NCBI GenBank assembly: GCA_963767925.1
Contig: CAVYGB010000002.1
Coordinates: 224,001-288,000, forward strand
From: an uncultured delta proteobacterium
GTDB lineage: Bacteria > Myxococcota_A > Polyangia > Fen-1088
Length of the DNA: 64,000 nt
Direction: 5' to 3'
Both the position numbers and the translations under genes were made by a program. Below are positions 1-9,635 of the stretch, in pieces; the first letter of the stretch is position 1, and every line of letters starts with the position of its first letter. The notes beneath the pieces were generated by a model. It made no database searches and was not told the DNA's origin. It saw only the letters and a list, made by a program, of their open reading frames with translations.

Positions 1-20
1 GGACTTCCGCAGCAGCGCGG

Positions 21-557
21 TCAGCGCCCGAGGATCTGCTCCTTCTCGCGGGCGAGCTGGCCGAGCCGCTCCTCGAGGGGGCGCCGCTTCTCCTGCAGCG
101 CAGCCGCCGCTTGCTTCACCGCCTGCCGGCACCGGTCAACGCTCTCCGCGCTGGCCTCGATCTTCTGCTGGCTGAGGAGGTCGGTGACGATGTTGTCCAG
201 GAACACGTCCACGAAACGGCTGCCCCCCAGGACCTCCACGGCCCCGGCAGGCGCGAAGCTGACGCCCGCGTCGAGGCACTCCTTCGCGAGGCGGTCCAGG
301 TGCCGCTGCAAGCGGGGAAGCCGCGCCCGGGGATCGTCCAGCGCCGAATGTTTGATCAGCGAGCTCGCCAGCCCACCGCCGAAGAGGTCCACGGCGGACC
401 AGCCCTCCGCACCAGCGATGTCGCCACGAACCTCGGCGATCTGTTCGAGCGTCTCGCCCGCTGCCTCCAGGGCCTCGCCCATCTCGGCGTCCGCGGCCGC
501 CAGCTCCGCCTCGGCGTCCCCGTTCGGTTTCCCTACCGGGCGGCGGTCGGCGGTCAC
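21..557 (-). CDS. Conserved hypothetical helical protein, coupled to the nitrile hydratase operon
   Basis: Protein-like C-terminal part of ORF 21..794 (GWSAVDLFGGGLASSLIKHS...FVDVFLDNIVTD). Its GTG at 557 overlaps the TGA of the upstream gene (GTGA). Confidence 0.6.
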   Translation of the reverse strand: MTADRRPVGKPNGDAEAELAAADAEMGEALEAAGETLEQIAEVRGDIAGAEGWSAVDLFGGGLASSLIKHSALDDPRARLPRLQRHLDRLAKECLDAGVSFAPAGAVEVLGGSRFVDVFLDNIVTDLLSQQKIEASAESVDRCRQAVKQAAAALQEKRRPLEERLGQLAREKEQILGR

Positions 558-1060
558 CTGGGGGGTGGGGGGAAGTCTTCGGGGGTGAGGTGGATGGGGT
601 GGCCGTGGGGGGTGCGGGCGGCGGCTTGGTGCCAGGCCTGGCGGTAGTGGGCGAGGGTCGCGGGGGGGGCGAGGCTCTTTTCGGCGACGAGGTGTTCGAG
701 GGCGGCGAGCCAGTGGTGGTAGTAGGTCGCGCCGGTGTCGGAGTCGCCGGCGGTCTGGGCGCGGCGGATCTCGGCGGCGAGGGCGGCTGCCCACTCGGGC
801 CAGGTGAAGACGCCGCGGGCGTGGAGGGCGAGCGCGAGGGCGAAGGCCTGCGCCTCCCAGGGCTCGCGGAAGACGGGGCCCTCGGCGTCGCGCGGAATGC
901 TGGGCACGGCTTGCACGACGGCGGCGTGGCCGGCGGCGGCGGATTCGCTGGCAGCGTGATCGGCGCCGGCGCTACCGACGGCGGCCGCGTGCCCGGCGGC
1001 CGCACGATCGGCGGTGGCTTCATCGGCGGCGGTCGGGGCGCGGGGGTCGGGGGGGGTCAT
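554..1060 (-). CDS. Nitrile hydratase accessory (P14K/NhlE-like) protein
   Basis: Motifs PVFREPWEAQAFAL, FTWPEWAAAL, YYHHWLAALE, TPHGHPI. ATG overlaps the nthB stop (ATGA). Confidence 0.9.
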   Translation of the reverse strand: MTPPDPRAPTAADEATADRAAAGHAAAVGSAGADHAASESAAAGHAAVVQAVPSIPRDAEGPVFREPWEAQAFALALALHARGVFTWPEWAAALAAEIRRAQTAGDSDTGATYYHHWLAALEHLVAEKSLAPPATLAHYRQAWHQAAARTPHGHPIHLTPEDFPPPPR

Positions 1061-1722
1061 GGGAGGGGGGTCAGGTAGGGTTCGAAGGCGTCGGCTTGGA
1101 TGGTGGCGGTGGGGTCGCCGTGGGTGTCGCCCCAGAGCTCGGTGGCGGGGAAGGCGACGGCGTAGAGCCACTGCGGGTCGTCGCCCTGGCCGGCGGCGCG
1201 GCTGTCGGGGAAGGCGTGGCAGCCGTGGACGCGCTCGATGGTGCCGGCGTGGCCGCGCAGGTAGCGGGGCAAGCGGGTGTGGCCGGCGGGGTGGATGTTG
1301 CGGGTGCGGACGCGGTCGCCGACGGCGAACCGGGGGGGCTGGGGGGCGGGGCGCGAGGAGGGGCCGCCCCGGGCGAGGGTGGCGGCGACGTCGGGGCCGC
1401 GCAGAACGTTGGGCACGGGGCGGGGCGGATCGATGGCCTTGCCGGCGGCGCGCTCGGCGGGGCTGACCAGGCCGTTGGCGGCGAGGAGGCGTTCCAGGCC
1501 GGCCAGCCACAGCTCGTAGTAGGAGAGGCGGATCCATTCGGCGGGGGGCAGGGTCTCGCGGGCGGAGCGCGACTGATCGATGTTCCACTGCCCGCTCGCG
1601 CCCATCGCGACGGTCAGCGCGAACGCCCGCCGCTCCCAGGGGGCGTGAAAGACCGGCTCGTTCGTCTCGGGGCGCACGGGACCCCACCCGTGCCCGCCCC
1701 CCATGTCGTGAGGGCCGTTCAT
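1057..1722 (-). CDS. nthB: Nitrile hydratase beta subunit
   Basis: [10 protein letters not shown]-terminus, VFHAPWE, SYYELW, GHTRLPRY, ELWG motifs. Confidence 0.96.
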   Translation of the reverse strand: MNGPHDMGGGHGWGPVRPETNEPVFHAPWERRAFALTVAMGASGQWNIDQSRSARETLPPAEWIRLSYYELWLAGLERLLAANGLVSPAERAAGKAIDPPRPVPNVLRGPDVAATLARGGPSSRPAPQPPRFAVGDRVRTRNIHPAGHTRLPRYLRGHAGTIERVHGCHAFPDSRAAGQGDDPQWLYAVAFPATELWGDTHGDPTATIQADAFEPYLTPLP

Positions 1723-1857
1723 CGCGGCAGCGCCTCGAAGCGCACCGGTCTCCCCCGTGTCCGCCGCCCATGTCGTGCGGGCCGTTCATCGCGGCAGCGC
1801 CTCGAAGCGCACCGGTCTCCCCCCGTGTCCGCCGCCCATGTCGTGCGGGCCGTTCAC
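1723..1857 (-). repeat. Tandem 68-bp and 67-bp units resembling the nthB 5' end
   Basis: Units 1790-1857 and 1723-1789 are identical except GTG/ATG and a G6 vs G5 run. Both begin (V/M)[11 protein letters not shown]. Confidence 0.9.
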
Positions 1858-2549
1858 CGAGCCTCCTCCTTGGGGAGGTCCTCGGGGCGGAGGGGGAGGC
1901 CGGTGCCGATCATGGCGTCGCGGGTGACGAGGCGGGCGAGGTTCTCCTCGCTCCAGCGCTCGGTACCGGGTGGGCGCTCGGGCAGGACCAGGTAGCGAAC
2001 CTCGGCGGTCGAGTCCCACACCTTTATCGCTGTCGTCACCGGCAGGGTGACGCCGAAGTCGGCGAGGACGCCCCGGGGATCGGCCACCACCCGCGAGCGG
2101 TAAGGCGCCGACTTGTACCAGACGGGCGGCAGGCCGAGCACCGGCCACGGGTAGCAGGAGCACAGGGTGCACACGACGACGTTGTGGCGGTCGGCGGTGT
2201 TCTCCAGCACGACCATGTGCTCGCCCTGGCGGCCGCCGTAGCCCAGCGATCCGATCGCCGCCTCCGGCTCGGCCAGCAACCAGCGGCGGTAGGTCGGATC
2301 CACCCAGGCCCGGGCCACCACCCGCGCGCCGTTGTGGGGCCCGATGCGGGTCTCGTAGGTCTCGATCAGCACATCCAGCGCCGCCGGATCGACGTACCCC
2401 TTCTCCGTCAGCACCGACTCGAGCGCCCGCACCCGCGCCTGCAAATCCGAGAGCTCCGACCCGTGGTCGTGGTCATGGTCATGCTCCTCGCCGTGCTCGT
2501 GCTCGTGCGGAGGGCCGCTGTCGTCCGGTTCCCTGGCCATCGCCGGCAT
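1854..2549 (-). CDS. nthA: Nitrile hydratase alpha subunit, cobalt type
   Basis: [18 protein letters not shown] metal-binding motif (CTLCSC marks the Co type), His-rich N-terminus. Start could be 2540 or 2549. Confidence 0.97.
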   Translation of the reverse strand: MPAMAREPDDSGPPHEHEHGEEHDHDHDHGSELSDLQARVRALESVLTEKGYVDPAALDVLIETYETRIGPHNGARVVARAWVDPTYRRWLLAEPEAAIGSLGYGGRQGEHMVVLENTADRHNVVVCTLCSCYPWPVLGLPPVWYKSAPYRSRVVADPRGVLADFGVTLPVTTAIKVWDSTAEVRYLVLPERPPGTERWSEENLARLVTRDAMIGTGLPLRPEDLPKEEAR

Positions 2550-2755
2550 CTTATGGCCTCGTGCCCAGGTAACGCGCGCTGGAAACGTTGCAGCGGCACC
2601 ACCGGGAGACCATCCCGCACGGTGCGCCACGCGCCCCTGCATGTCGGCGCCTGTCGCGCATCGAATCCGGGGTGCAAGTCTGAGTCGAATGGGAAAGCAA
2701 TCCCGGCCCCATGCGACGATCCTGAAGCTGCCCCGAGGAAGCTAGGAGGACCGAT

Positions 2756-4574
2756 ATGCAGCGCCGGATTGCAGCCTTGCTGCCCTGTTTTGCCCTGGCC
2801 TGCGTCGACGGGGCCGTGACCTCGAACCCGCCCGGCGGCGTCGCCCCCGGTGGCATGGCGAACCCCATGCCCGGCGCCGGCAGCGGCCCGGGACCGATCG
2901 GGACCCCGCCCGGCGGCAGCGGCGCACCGGGTGCACCCGGGCTGCCCGGCGTGGGCCCTGCCCCCAGCGTGCCCGGCCTGCCCGGCGTCGGCCCGGCGCC
3001 CAGCGTGCCCGGCAGGTTCCACGCCCCGGGGCTCTGCGCCGACCCCCGGGCTGCCGGGCGCCGCGCCCTGCACCAACAACGTCCCCGGGCCCCGGCTGCT
3101 GCGGCGGCTGACCACGCCCGAGCTGGAGAACACGCTCCAGGATCTGTTCCGCGACCCGGGGGTGCCGAAGACGACGGCGCTGGCCGACGCGGAGGTGCTC
3201 GGGTTCCACGTCGACGCCGCCCAGCTCGTGGTGCGCGACCTCGGCGCCCAGCAGATCTCCGACTTCGCCGACGAGGTCGCGCAGTGGGCGGTGGCCAACA
3301 AGCTCGCCACCCTCTCGACCTGCGCCAGCAACGACGCCCCCTGCCGCCAGTCGTTCATCCGCAGCTTCGGGCGGCGGGCCTTCCGCGCGCCCGTCACCGA
3401 CAGCCAGCTCCGGGCCTACGAGGCGCTGTTCGCCGCCGAGTCGACCTTCAACGACGGGGCCTCGGCGGTGATCACCGCGATGATGCAGTCGCCGAACCTC
3501 CTCTACCGGCGCGAGATCGGCAAGCCCGACCCGGCCCGGCCCGGCCAGTTCCTGCTCACCCCCCACGAGGTCGCGGCCAACCTGTCGTACCTGCTGACCC
3601 AGGGACCGCCCGACGAGGCGCTGGCCCAGGCGGCCGACTCCGGCGCCCTCACCACCGCCGCCCAGATCGACGCCCAGGCCGACCGCCTGATGAAGACGCC
3701 GCGCGGGCGCAAGGCGCTCGGCACCTTCGTGCGCGGCTGGCTGGGCATCGAGCGGCTGGAGTCGACGGTGAAGGACGACGCCATCTTCCCCTTCCCGCCC
3801 GAGCTGCGGCGCGACCTGCTGGGTGAGACCGAGACGCTGTTCCTCGACGTCTTCGACAAGGGCGGCACGATGACCGATCTGCTCACCGCCCCCTACTCGT
3901 TCGTCAACGTGAACCTCTCGCGCTTCTACGGCGTCGCCAGCGGGGCCGGCGGCACCGGGTTCATCCGGGTCATGCGCCCGGCCACCCAGCGCGACCCGGG
4001 CGTGCTGGGGCACGCCAGCGTGCTGGCCACCCACGCCACCGGCGCCGTCTCCTCCCCGGTCAAGCGGGGCAAGCTGGTGCGCACGCGCCTGCTCTGCCAG
4101 AGCCTGCCGCCACCTCCCCAGGACGTGGACACCATGCTCGAGCCGCCCGGCCCGACCCAGACCACGCGCCAGCGCTATCTGCAGCACACCCAGGATCCTG
4201 CCTGCGCCGGCTGCCACCAGGTGATGGATCCCATCGGCTTCGGGTTCGAGCGCTACGACGGCTTCGGCCGGCGCCGCGACAGCGAAAACGGGGTCCCGGT
4301 GGACGCCACCGGGTCGCTGCTGGGGACCGCCGCCGGCACCGTCGACTTCGACGGGCTGGGCGAGCTGGCGGTGACGCTGGCCGAGAGCCCCGAGGCCCAG
4401 GCCTGCCTGGTGCGCTACTGGTCCTACTTCGCCTACGGCGTCGCCGCCTGGCCGGAGGACACCTGCGTCCAGGCCAACCTGGTCGAGGAGGCCGCCCGGA
4501 GCAAGTTCTCCCTGCGGAGCGTGCTCATGGCCATCATCCACGCGCCCCACTTCACCCGCCGGGTCGGCAACTAA
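2756..4574 (+). CDS. DUF1592/DUF1588/DUF1595 (PSD/PSCyt) domain lipoprotein with an apparent frameshift near 3013-3030
   Basis: RBS AGGAGGA plus signal peptide (LALAC) at 2756 in one frame. LRRLT, SSPVKRG, CAGCH, DPIGFGFERYD lie in the 2850 frame. Confidence 0.85.
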
Positions 4575-4586
4575 GCGGAGAACACC

Positions 4587-5897
4587 ATGCGCAAGCTCAG
4601 CCGCAGATCGTTCAATCGCCAGGTGGGGGCGGGGTTCCTCCTCTCGTCGTTCGTGTCGACGCTCCGGCGGCCCGCCCAGGCCCAGCCGGTGGGGGCCAAG
4701 CGGGCCAAGCGCCTCTTTCTATTTTGCTCGATGGGGACCTCGCCGCCGCTGTGGAGCCCGAGCAACGTCTCGGGTGAAAACAGCTTCAGCTTCAGCCAGG
4801 CGATGTCTCCTTTGGCGGCGATCAAGCAGGACATCGTCCTCGCCGAGGACCTCGCCTCGGCCAACCCCGGCACCGGCCACGGCTTCCCCGACGCGCTCAC
4901 CGGCAAGAGCTACATCGGCAAGATCATCTCGGTCGACCAGTTCGTCGCCGACGGGCTCAAGGGCCTGGGCATCAACCGGCCCATCCCGGTGCTGCTGCTC
5001 GGGGCCGACGCCCGCTCGGGCGGCATGTCGATGTTCAACCGCGACCAGAACCTGTTCACCATCACCTCGCCGCTGGCCGCCTTCAACACCGTCTTCGGCG
5101 GGGCGGTGCCGGCGGCGATGTCCCCGGACACCCTGCTCAAGCGCCGGCGCAGCATCCTCGATCTCATCCGCAACGAGATCGGCGAGCTCAACCAGGCCAT
5201 CGGCACCCAGGAGCGGGCCAAGCTCGAGTTGCACCTCGACTCCATCCGCAGCCTGGAGAACCGGCTCGGGCAGGCCTCCATGGGCGGCGCCCCGGTCGCG
5301 GCCTGCAGCAAGCCCGCCCGCCCCTCCGACGACCTGTCGAACCCGATCCGGGCCAACCTCACCCACCTCGACGTGCTGATCAACGCGTTCGCCTGCGACA
5401 TCACCCGGGTGGGGGCGGTCCAGTTCGGCTCGGACGAGGCGATGCAGGTCAACATCCCGGAGATCGGCCTGCGCGGCGAGCAGCACAGCGGCATGATCCA
5501 CTCCGGCCCACCCGGCCTGGCCCAGCTCGCCACCCTCGAGCGGTGGTTCGCCGAGCAGTTCGTGGCCGTGGTCCGCAAGCTGAAGTCGATCCCCGAGGCC
5601 GACGGCTCGGGCACGCTGTTCGACAACACCCTGCTGGCCTGGTGCCGCGACATGGGCGACGCTCCGGCGCACAACCGCCGCAGCATGAAGTTCGTGCTCT
5701 CGGGCGGCGCCGGCGGCTACCTGCGCCGCAACCCCAACGGCCGCTACCTGCGCGGCGCGGGCGACGGCGCCGGCGACCTGCACGAGCGGCTGCTGCTCAA
5801 CATGTGCGAGGCCATGGGGATCACCAACTTCGCCGGCTTCGGCGACCCCAACCTCCGCGGCGCCGGCAAGACCCCCATCCCGGGCTTGCGGGCGTAG
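4587..5897 (+). CDS. DUF1552 domain protein (Tat-type signal)
   Basis: LSRRSF signal, ISVDQ, RSILD, HLDSIRSLE, AFACDITRV, GTLFDNT. This is the usual partner of DUF1592 genes. Confidence 0.9.
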   Translation: MRKLSRRSFNRQVGAGFLLSSFVSTLRRPAQAQPVGAKRAKRLFLFCSMGTSPPLWSPSNVSGENSFSFSQAMSPLAAIKQDIVLAEDLASANPGTGHGFPDALTGKSYIGKIISVDQFVADGLKGLGINRPIPVLLLGADARSGGMSMFNRDQNLFTITSPLAAFNTVFGGAVPAAMSPDTLLKRRRSILDLIRNEIGELNQAIGTQERAKLELHLDSIRSLENRLGQASMGGAPVAACSKPARPSDDLSNPIRANLTHLDVLINAFACDITRVGAVQFGSDEAMQVNIPEIGLRGEQHSGMIHSGPPGLAQLATLERWFAEQFVAVVRKLKSIPEADGSGTLFDNTLLAWCRDMGDAPAHNRRSMKFVLSGGAGGYLRRNPNGRYLRGAGDGAGDLHERLLLNMCEAMGITNFAGFGDPNLRGAGKTPIPGLRA

Positions 5898-5963
5898 GCG
5901 GGGGGGGGCCCTGTTCAACAGAGCGCGCGTCCGCGTCTCCCCCCGCCTCGAACAGAGCGACTC

Positions 5964-6950
5964 CTAGTTGCCTCCGCCGCGGGGGAGGTAGCCGATGTCG
6001 TCGATGAAGGCGTCGAAGGTCCAGCCCGACGAGAAGCCGAAGTCGATGCCGGTCATCTGGCTCTGCTCGAAGGTGGCGGCGGTGCCCCAGCCGTCCTGGG
6101 CCAGCGTGGTCCAGGGGACGGTGTATTGCTTCCAGTCCGGGGTCAGATCGACGACGAAGCCGAACGAGTCGCCGCAGTTGGTGGCGCAGGTGCCCCCGAA
6201 CTGCGCGTCGGTGGTGGCGGGGATGGTGACGGCCACCCGGATCTGGCCGGTCCCCTTGGCGTAGAAGGTGACGCCGTCGTATTCGGAGGAGTCGACGGCC
6301 ATGTTCCCGGGGAACGAGAAGCCCACTCCGGCGAAGCCGAACTGGCTCATGGCCGGGTTGTTGACCGTCATGCCGGAGACGTGGATCGCGCAGCGCGGGC
6401 TCACGGGTGAGCCGCCCATCGCGGCCGCGAACATGGCCGGCACGAGGGTGGAACCGAAGGTATCGAGGTACTGGTACCAGTTCCCCGAGCGGCCGTCGTT
6501 CGGCAGGATGGCGGCGTCGCAGTCCTCCAGATCGTCGATGCTGGCGGCGCCGACCGGACCGGTCGGGGGCGCGTCGGGCGGCGGGGCCGCGTCGGGAGGG
6601 GAGGTCGGCGGCGTGGGCGGCGCTGGCGGTGGGGCGGCGGCGTCGGGGACTGCGCCGCCATCGGGGGCCGAGGCGCTCGGCGGTGGGGGAGGCGTCGGGG
6701 ACGGCGCGGGCGCCGGCGGCGCGGTGGGTGCCGGCGGCATCACCTCCGGCGCGGGCGGCGGCGCCGCGGGGGGCGGCGCGCCCATTCCCGGCGGCGGACC
6801 GGCGGGAGGGCTGGGCGGCACGCCTTCGGTCACGCCGGGGCCGGATCCGGGTTGCTTGACTTGAGCGGGGCTGCAGGCGGTGGCGGCCGCAAGGACGACG
6901 ATCGCCCCACAACCCCACCACCGCGCTGGACGGGAGAACGCTTTGTTCAC
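5964..6950 (-). CDS. Secreted lipoprotein with Pro-rich linker and carbohydrate-binding (CBM11/CIA30-like) domain
   Basis: Lipobox ATAC. IDDLED, GNWYQYLD, YDGVTFYAKG, WKQYTVPW, FIDDI motifs. Confidence 0.75.
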   Translation of the reverse strand: MNKAFSRPARWWGCGAIVVLAAATACSPAQVKQPGSGPGVTEGVPPSPPAGPPPGMGAPPPAAPPPAPEVMPPAPTAPPAPAPSPTPPPPPSASAPDGGAVPDAAAPPPAPPTPPTSPPDAAPPPDAPPTGPVGAASIDDLEDCDAAILPNDGRSGNWYQYLDTFGSTLVPAMFAAAMGGSPVSPRCAIHVSGMTVNNPAMSQFGFAGVGFSFPGNMAVDSSEYDGVTFYAKGTGQIRVAVTIPATTDAQFGGTCATNCGDSFGFVVDLTPDWKQYTVPWTTLAQDGWGTAATFEQSQMTGIDFGFSSGWTFDAFIDDIGYLPRGGGN

Positions 6951-7185
6951 GAGATGCTCCTGGTTCGGGGTCGTGGCGGCGGGCCTCGCGGGGCGGCGAG
7001 GGGCACCTGGACATAGCTTTGTCCTCCTGCCAACGGTTTCATAGCCCGATCTGCTCGAGAAGGGTTACCTAACCGACAGACCCACACCACCACGCCACGC
7101 CACGCCGGACAGCGGCGAGCTCCTGCCCGTCGCCGGAGTTTTCCAGCTCCCGCGGACGTGCCGTCCACCCCCGCTGGCTGCCCAG

Positions 7186-7258
7186 CCGGAGGCCCCTCAC
7201 CCGGCGCGCGGACGCGCCGACCTCTCCCCACGGCAGACCGCGGGGAGAGGTGATGGCC
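7186..7258. repeat. REP-like palindromic element, family A (copy 1)
   Basis: CCCCTCACCC...CCTCTCCCCACGG-CAGA-CCGCGGGGAGAGG hairpin, nearly identical at 9309-9381 and 62614-62685. Confidence 0.85.
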
Positions 7259-7407
7259 CTGCGGCCCTGCGGGTGACCGCGGGCAGTGGTGATGGGGAGA
7301 GGTGATGGCCCGGCGCCCCCACGGCTGACCGCGGGCAGAGGTGATGGCCCGGCGCCCCCACGGCTGACCGCGGGGAGGTGTTGGCCCGGCGCCCCTGCGG
7401 GTGAACT
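7252..7407. repeat. Imperfect ~39-bp tandem repeat (3-4 units) derived from the REP end
   Basis: GATGGCCCGGCGCCCCCACGGCTGACCGCGGGCAGAGGT repeated. Confidence 0.8.
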
Positions 7408-7509
7408 GAGCGCTGAGCGGACCGACGCTGCGAACGGGGGCGATCAGGGGTGCTCGTTATTGAACAGGATTCGGTAGCGTGGGCACCCCTGGGGTGACAT
7501 GGTTGCGCC

Positions 7510-7740
7510 ATGGCGCTGGCTTGCAACATCGATGGGCGCGGTCGGGCGGTGCGGCTGCGGTTCGGCTTCGTGCTGCTGCTGCTGGCCGCCGGGCTGTCGG
7601 TGCTCTGGCCGCTCAACACCGGCTCGACGCTGGGCTGGGTCGTGAGCGCGGCCCTCGCCGCCGGGGGCGCCTTCGCCCTGTTCGAGGCCCGCGCGGGCTG
7701 GTGCGCGGTGCGCGCGCTCGGCATCCGCACCCGCGTCTGA
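7510..7740 (+). CDS. Small two-TM membrane protein (DUF2892/YgaP-TM-like)
   Basis: CNID..GR..R, two hydrophobic helices, GWC..RALG.RT C-terminus. Confidence 0.7.
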   Translation: MALACNIDGRGRAVRLRFGFVLLLLAAGLSVLWPLNTGSTLGWVVSAALAAGGAFALFEARAGWCAVRALGIRTRV

Positions 7741-7767
7741 ACGGAGACCGCCGCCGGCGCGGCCGGA

Positions 7768-9051
7768 TCAGCCGAAGAGCTGGCGGGCGCGGGCGGCCAG
7801 GCCCCAGGCCACCGAGGTGAGCTCGTTGCCTCCGGCCAGCTTGCCGGCGCCGAAGCGGGCGGCCAGGCGGCTGCGCACCACCGGGACCAGGGACGAGCCG
7901 CCGGTGGCGAACACGGTGTCGACGTCGCCGGCGCCGACGCCGCCGCGCTCGAGCAGCGTGGTGATGGCGCCGTCGATGGCCTCCAGCTCCTCGCCGATCC
8001 AGCGATCGAACTCGGGGCGGGTGACGGGCAGGTCCAGCTCCAGGTCGGGGAAGGCGAACCTCGTGTCGAGGTCGGCGGAGAGCGCCACCTTGCTGCGCTC
8101 GACGGCGCGGTGGAGGGGCAGGCCGAGCTCGTCGCGCACGAGCCGCACCAGGCGATCGATCCGCTCGGGCGCCTCGGCACCCCGTTCGATGCGCTCGAGC
8201 AGGCGCAAGGTGGCGGCTTCCTTCAGGAACGAGAGGTGGTGCCAGCGGCGCAACCTCCGGAAGAGGGGGTCCGGCACCGGGGTCGAGGCGCCCATCTCGT
8301 CGCGGTAGCGGGTGCCGAAGCCGAGTGCGCCCACCACCCGCTGATCGATGATGCGTGCGTCGAAGCTGTCGCCGCCGATGGCCAGACCGGAGGTGGCCAG
8401 CACGGCGTCGGGGCGGGCCGGGCCCCGGGCGGCGCCCGGCTCCACCCGGACCAGCGAGAAGTCGCTGGTGCCGCCGCCGAAGTCGGCCACCACGACAAGC
8501 TCGGGGTGATCGAGGGTGGCGGCGTAGCGAAGCGCGGCGGCGATCGGCTCGTATTCGAACACCACCTCCGAGAAGCCGGCCAGGGTCAGGGCGTCGCGCA
8601 TCCGGGTCAACGCCCGCTCCTCGTCGGCGGCCTCGCGCGCGCCCCAGTAGCGCACCGGCCGCCCCACCACCGCCCGGGTCCCCAGGTCGCCGTCGACGGC
8701 GCCGCGCAGGGCCCGCAGGTAGGCGGCGATGAGGGCCTCGAGGGTGTAGGTGCGGCCGTGGATGATCGTGCGGTTGAAGACGGCGCTGGCCAGGTGGGAC
8801 TTTATCGACTGGACCAGGCGCCCGTCCCCTTCCCGCTCGGCGAACCGATCGATGGCCGGCGCCCCCGCGCACACCGGCCCGCCCTCCTCGAAGAAGAGGA
8901 CCGTGCGCCAGGTCGCCGAGGGGACGCCGCCCGGCCCGGGCAACATGGCCAGCCGGACGCCGTCGTCGCCGCCGCCCGGGCTCGCGAGCGCCACCGCCGT
9001 GTTGGTTGTACCGAAGTCGATGCCGACGAAGCCCGAGGCCTGTGTCCCCAT
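7768..9051 (-). CDS. Hsp70-family protein, YegD-like (no substrate-binding domain)
   Basis: GIDFGTTNT, GRLVQSIKS, VVGRPV, YEPIAAA, DFGGGTSDFS, TGGSS motifs. Confidence 0.93.
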   Translation of the reverse strand: MGTQASGFVGIDFGTTNTAVALASPGGGDDGVRLAMLPGPGGVPSATWRTVLFFEEGGPVCAGAPAIDRFAEREGDGRLVQSIKSHLASAVFNRTIIHGRTYTLEALIAAYLRALRGAVDGDLGTRAVVGRPVRYWGAREAADEERALTRMRDALTLAGFSEVVFEYEPIAAALRYAATLDHPELVVVADFGGGTSDFSLVRVEPGAARGPARPDAVLATSGLAIGGDSFDARIIDQRVVGALGFGTRYRDEMGASTPVPDPLFRRLRRWHHLSFLKEAATLRLLERIERGAEAPERIDRLVRLVRDELGLPLHRAVERSKVALSADLDTRFAFPDLELDLPVTRPEFDRWIGEELEAIDGAITTLLERGGVGAGDVDTVFATGGSSLVPVVRSRLAARFGAGKLAGGNELTSVAWGLAARARQLFG

Positions 9052-9240
9052 GGCCCCATTGGTCGCCAGCGGGCTCACCTTTACAAGCTGCCGCCCGCTC
9101 CCTATCCTGTGGGAGCTCCTCGGGATGAGTCGGAGACGGCGCCGCGCGCGCCTCCCGGCCCCCTCGCCCCAACCCTTCTGTCGCTGGATGGCCGCCCATC
9201 GGGCTGGCGACTGCGGGCCAAGGCAGGCACCCCGCTGCGC

Positions 9241-9381
9241 GTTTGCCCTCTCCCCGCGGCCGTCTGCGGCCGTGGGGAGAGGGTCGAGGGTGAGGGGCGG
9301 TTGCCCCGCCGGAGGCCCCTCACCCGCCGCGCAGACGCGCCGACCTCTCCCCACGGCAGACCGCGGGGAGAGGTGATGGCC
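9241..9381. repeat. REP-like element family A, extended two-hairpin form
   Basis: Hairpin CCCTCTCCCCGCGGCCGTCTGCGGCCGTGGGGAGAGGG followed by the same unit as 7186-7258. Its reverse complement is at 16898-16991 and 32691-32792. Confidence 0.85.
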
Positions 9382-9390
9382 GGGGGGCCC

Positions 9391-9527
9391 GGCGGGTGTG
9401 TGATCGCGGCGCCGGCGGGTGTGTGATCGCGGCGCCGGCGGGTGTGTGATCGCGGCGCCGGCGGGTGTGTGATCGCGGCGCCGGCGGGTGTGTGATCGCG
9501 GCGCCGGCGGGTGTGTGATCGCGGCGC
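9391..9527. repeat. 23-bp tandem repeat x6
   Basis: GGCGGGTGTGTGATCGCGGCGCC repeated without spacers. Confidence 0.95.
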
Positions 9528-9635
9528 GCGTGGGGGTGCCTGCCTCTGCCGTTGGTTTCCAGGGCGTATCCATGGATTGCGCTCGAAAAAGCGGTTGACG
9601 GGGTGTCGTGAGGCTTGTTACCCAGATGCTTATAT

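Noticed and set aside
2650..2745. Cobalamin or cobalt riboswitch near the Co-type nitrile hydratase
   Set aside because: Only scattered short resemblances (GGTGCAAG, GGGAA, GCTGCCCC) in the wrong spacing and on the opposite strand to nthA. An Infernal/Rfam scan would be needed.
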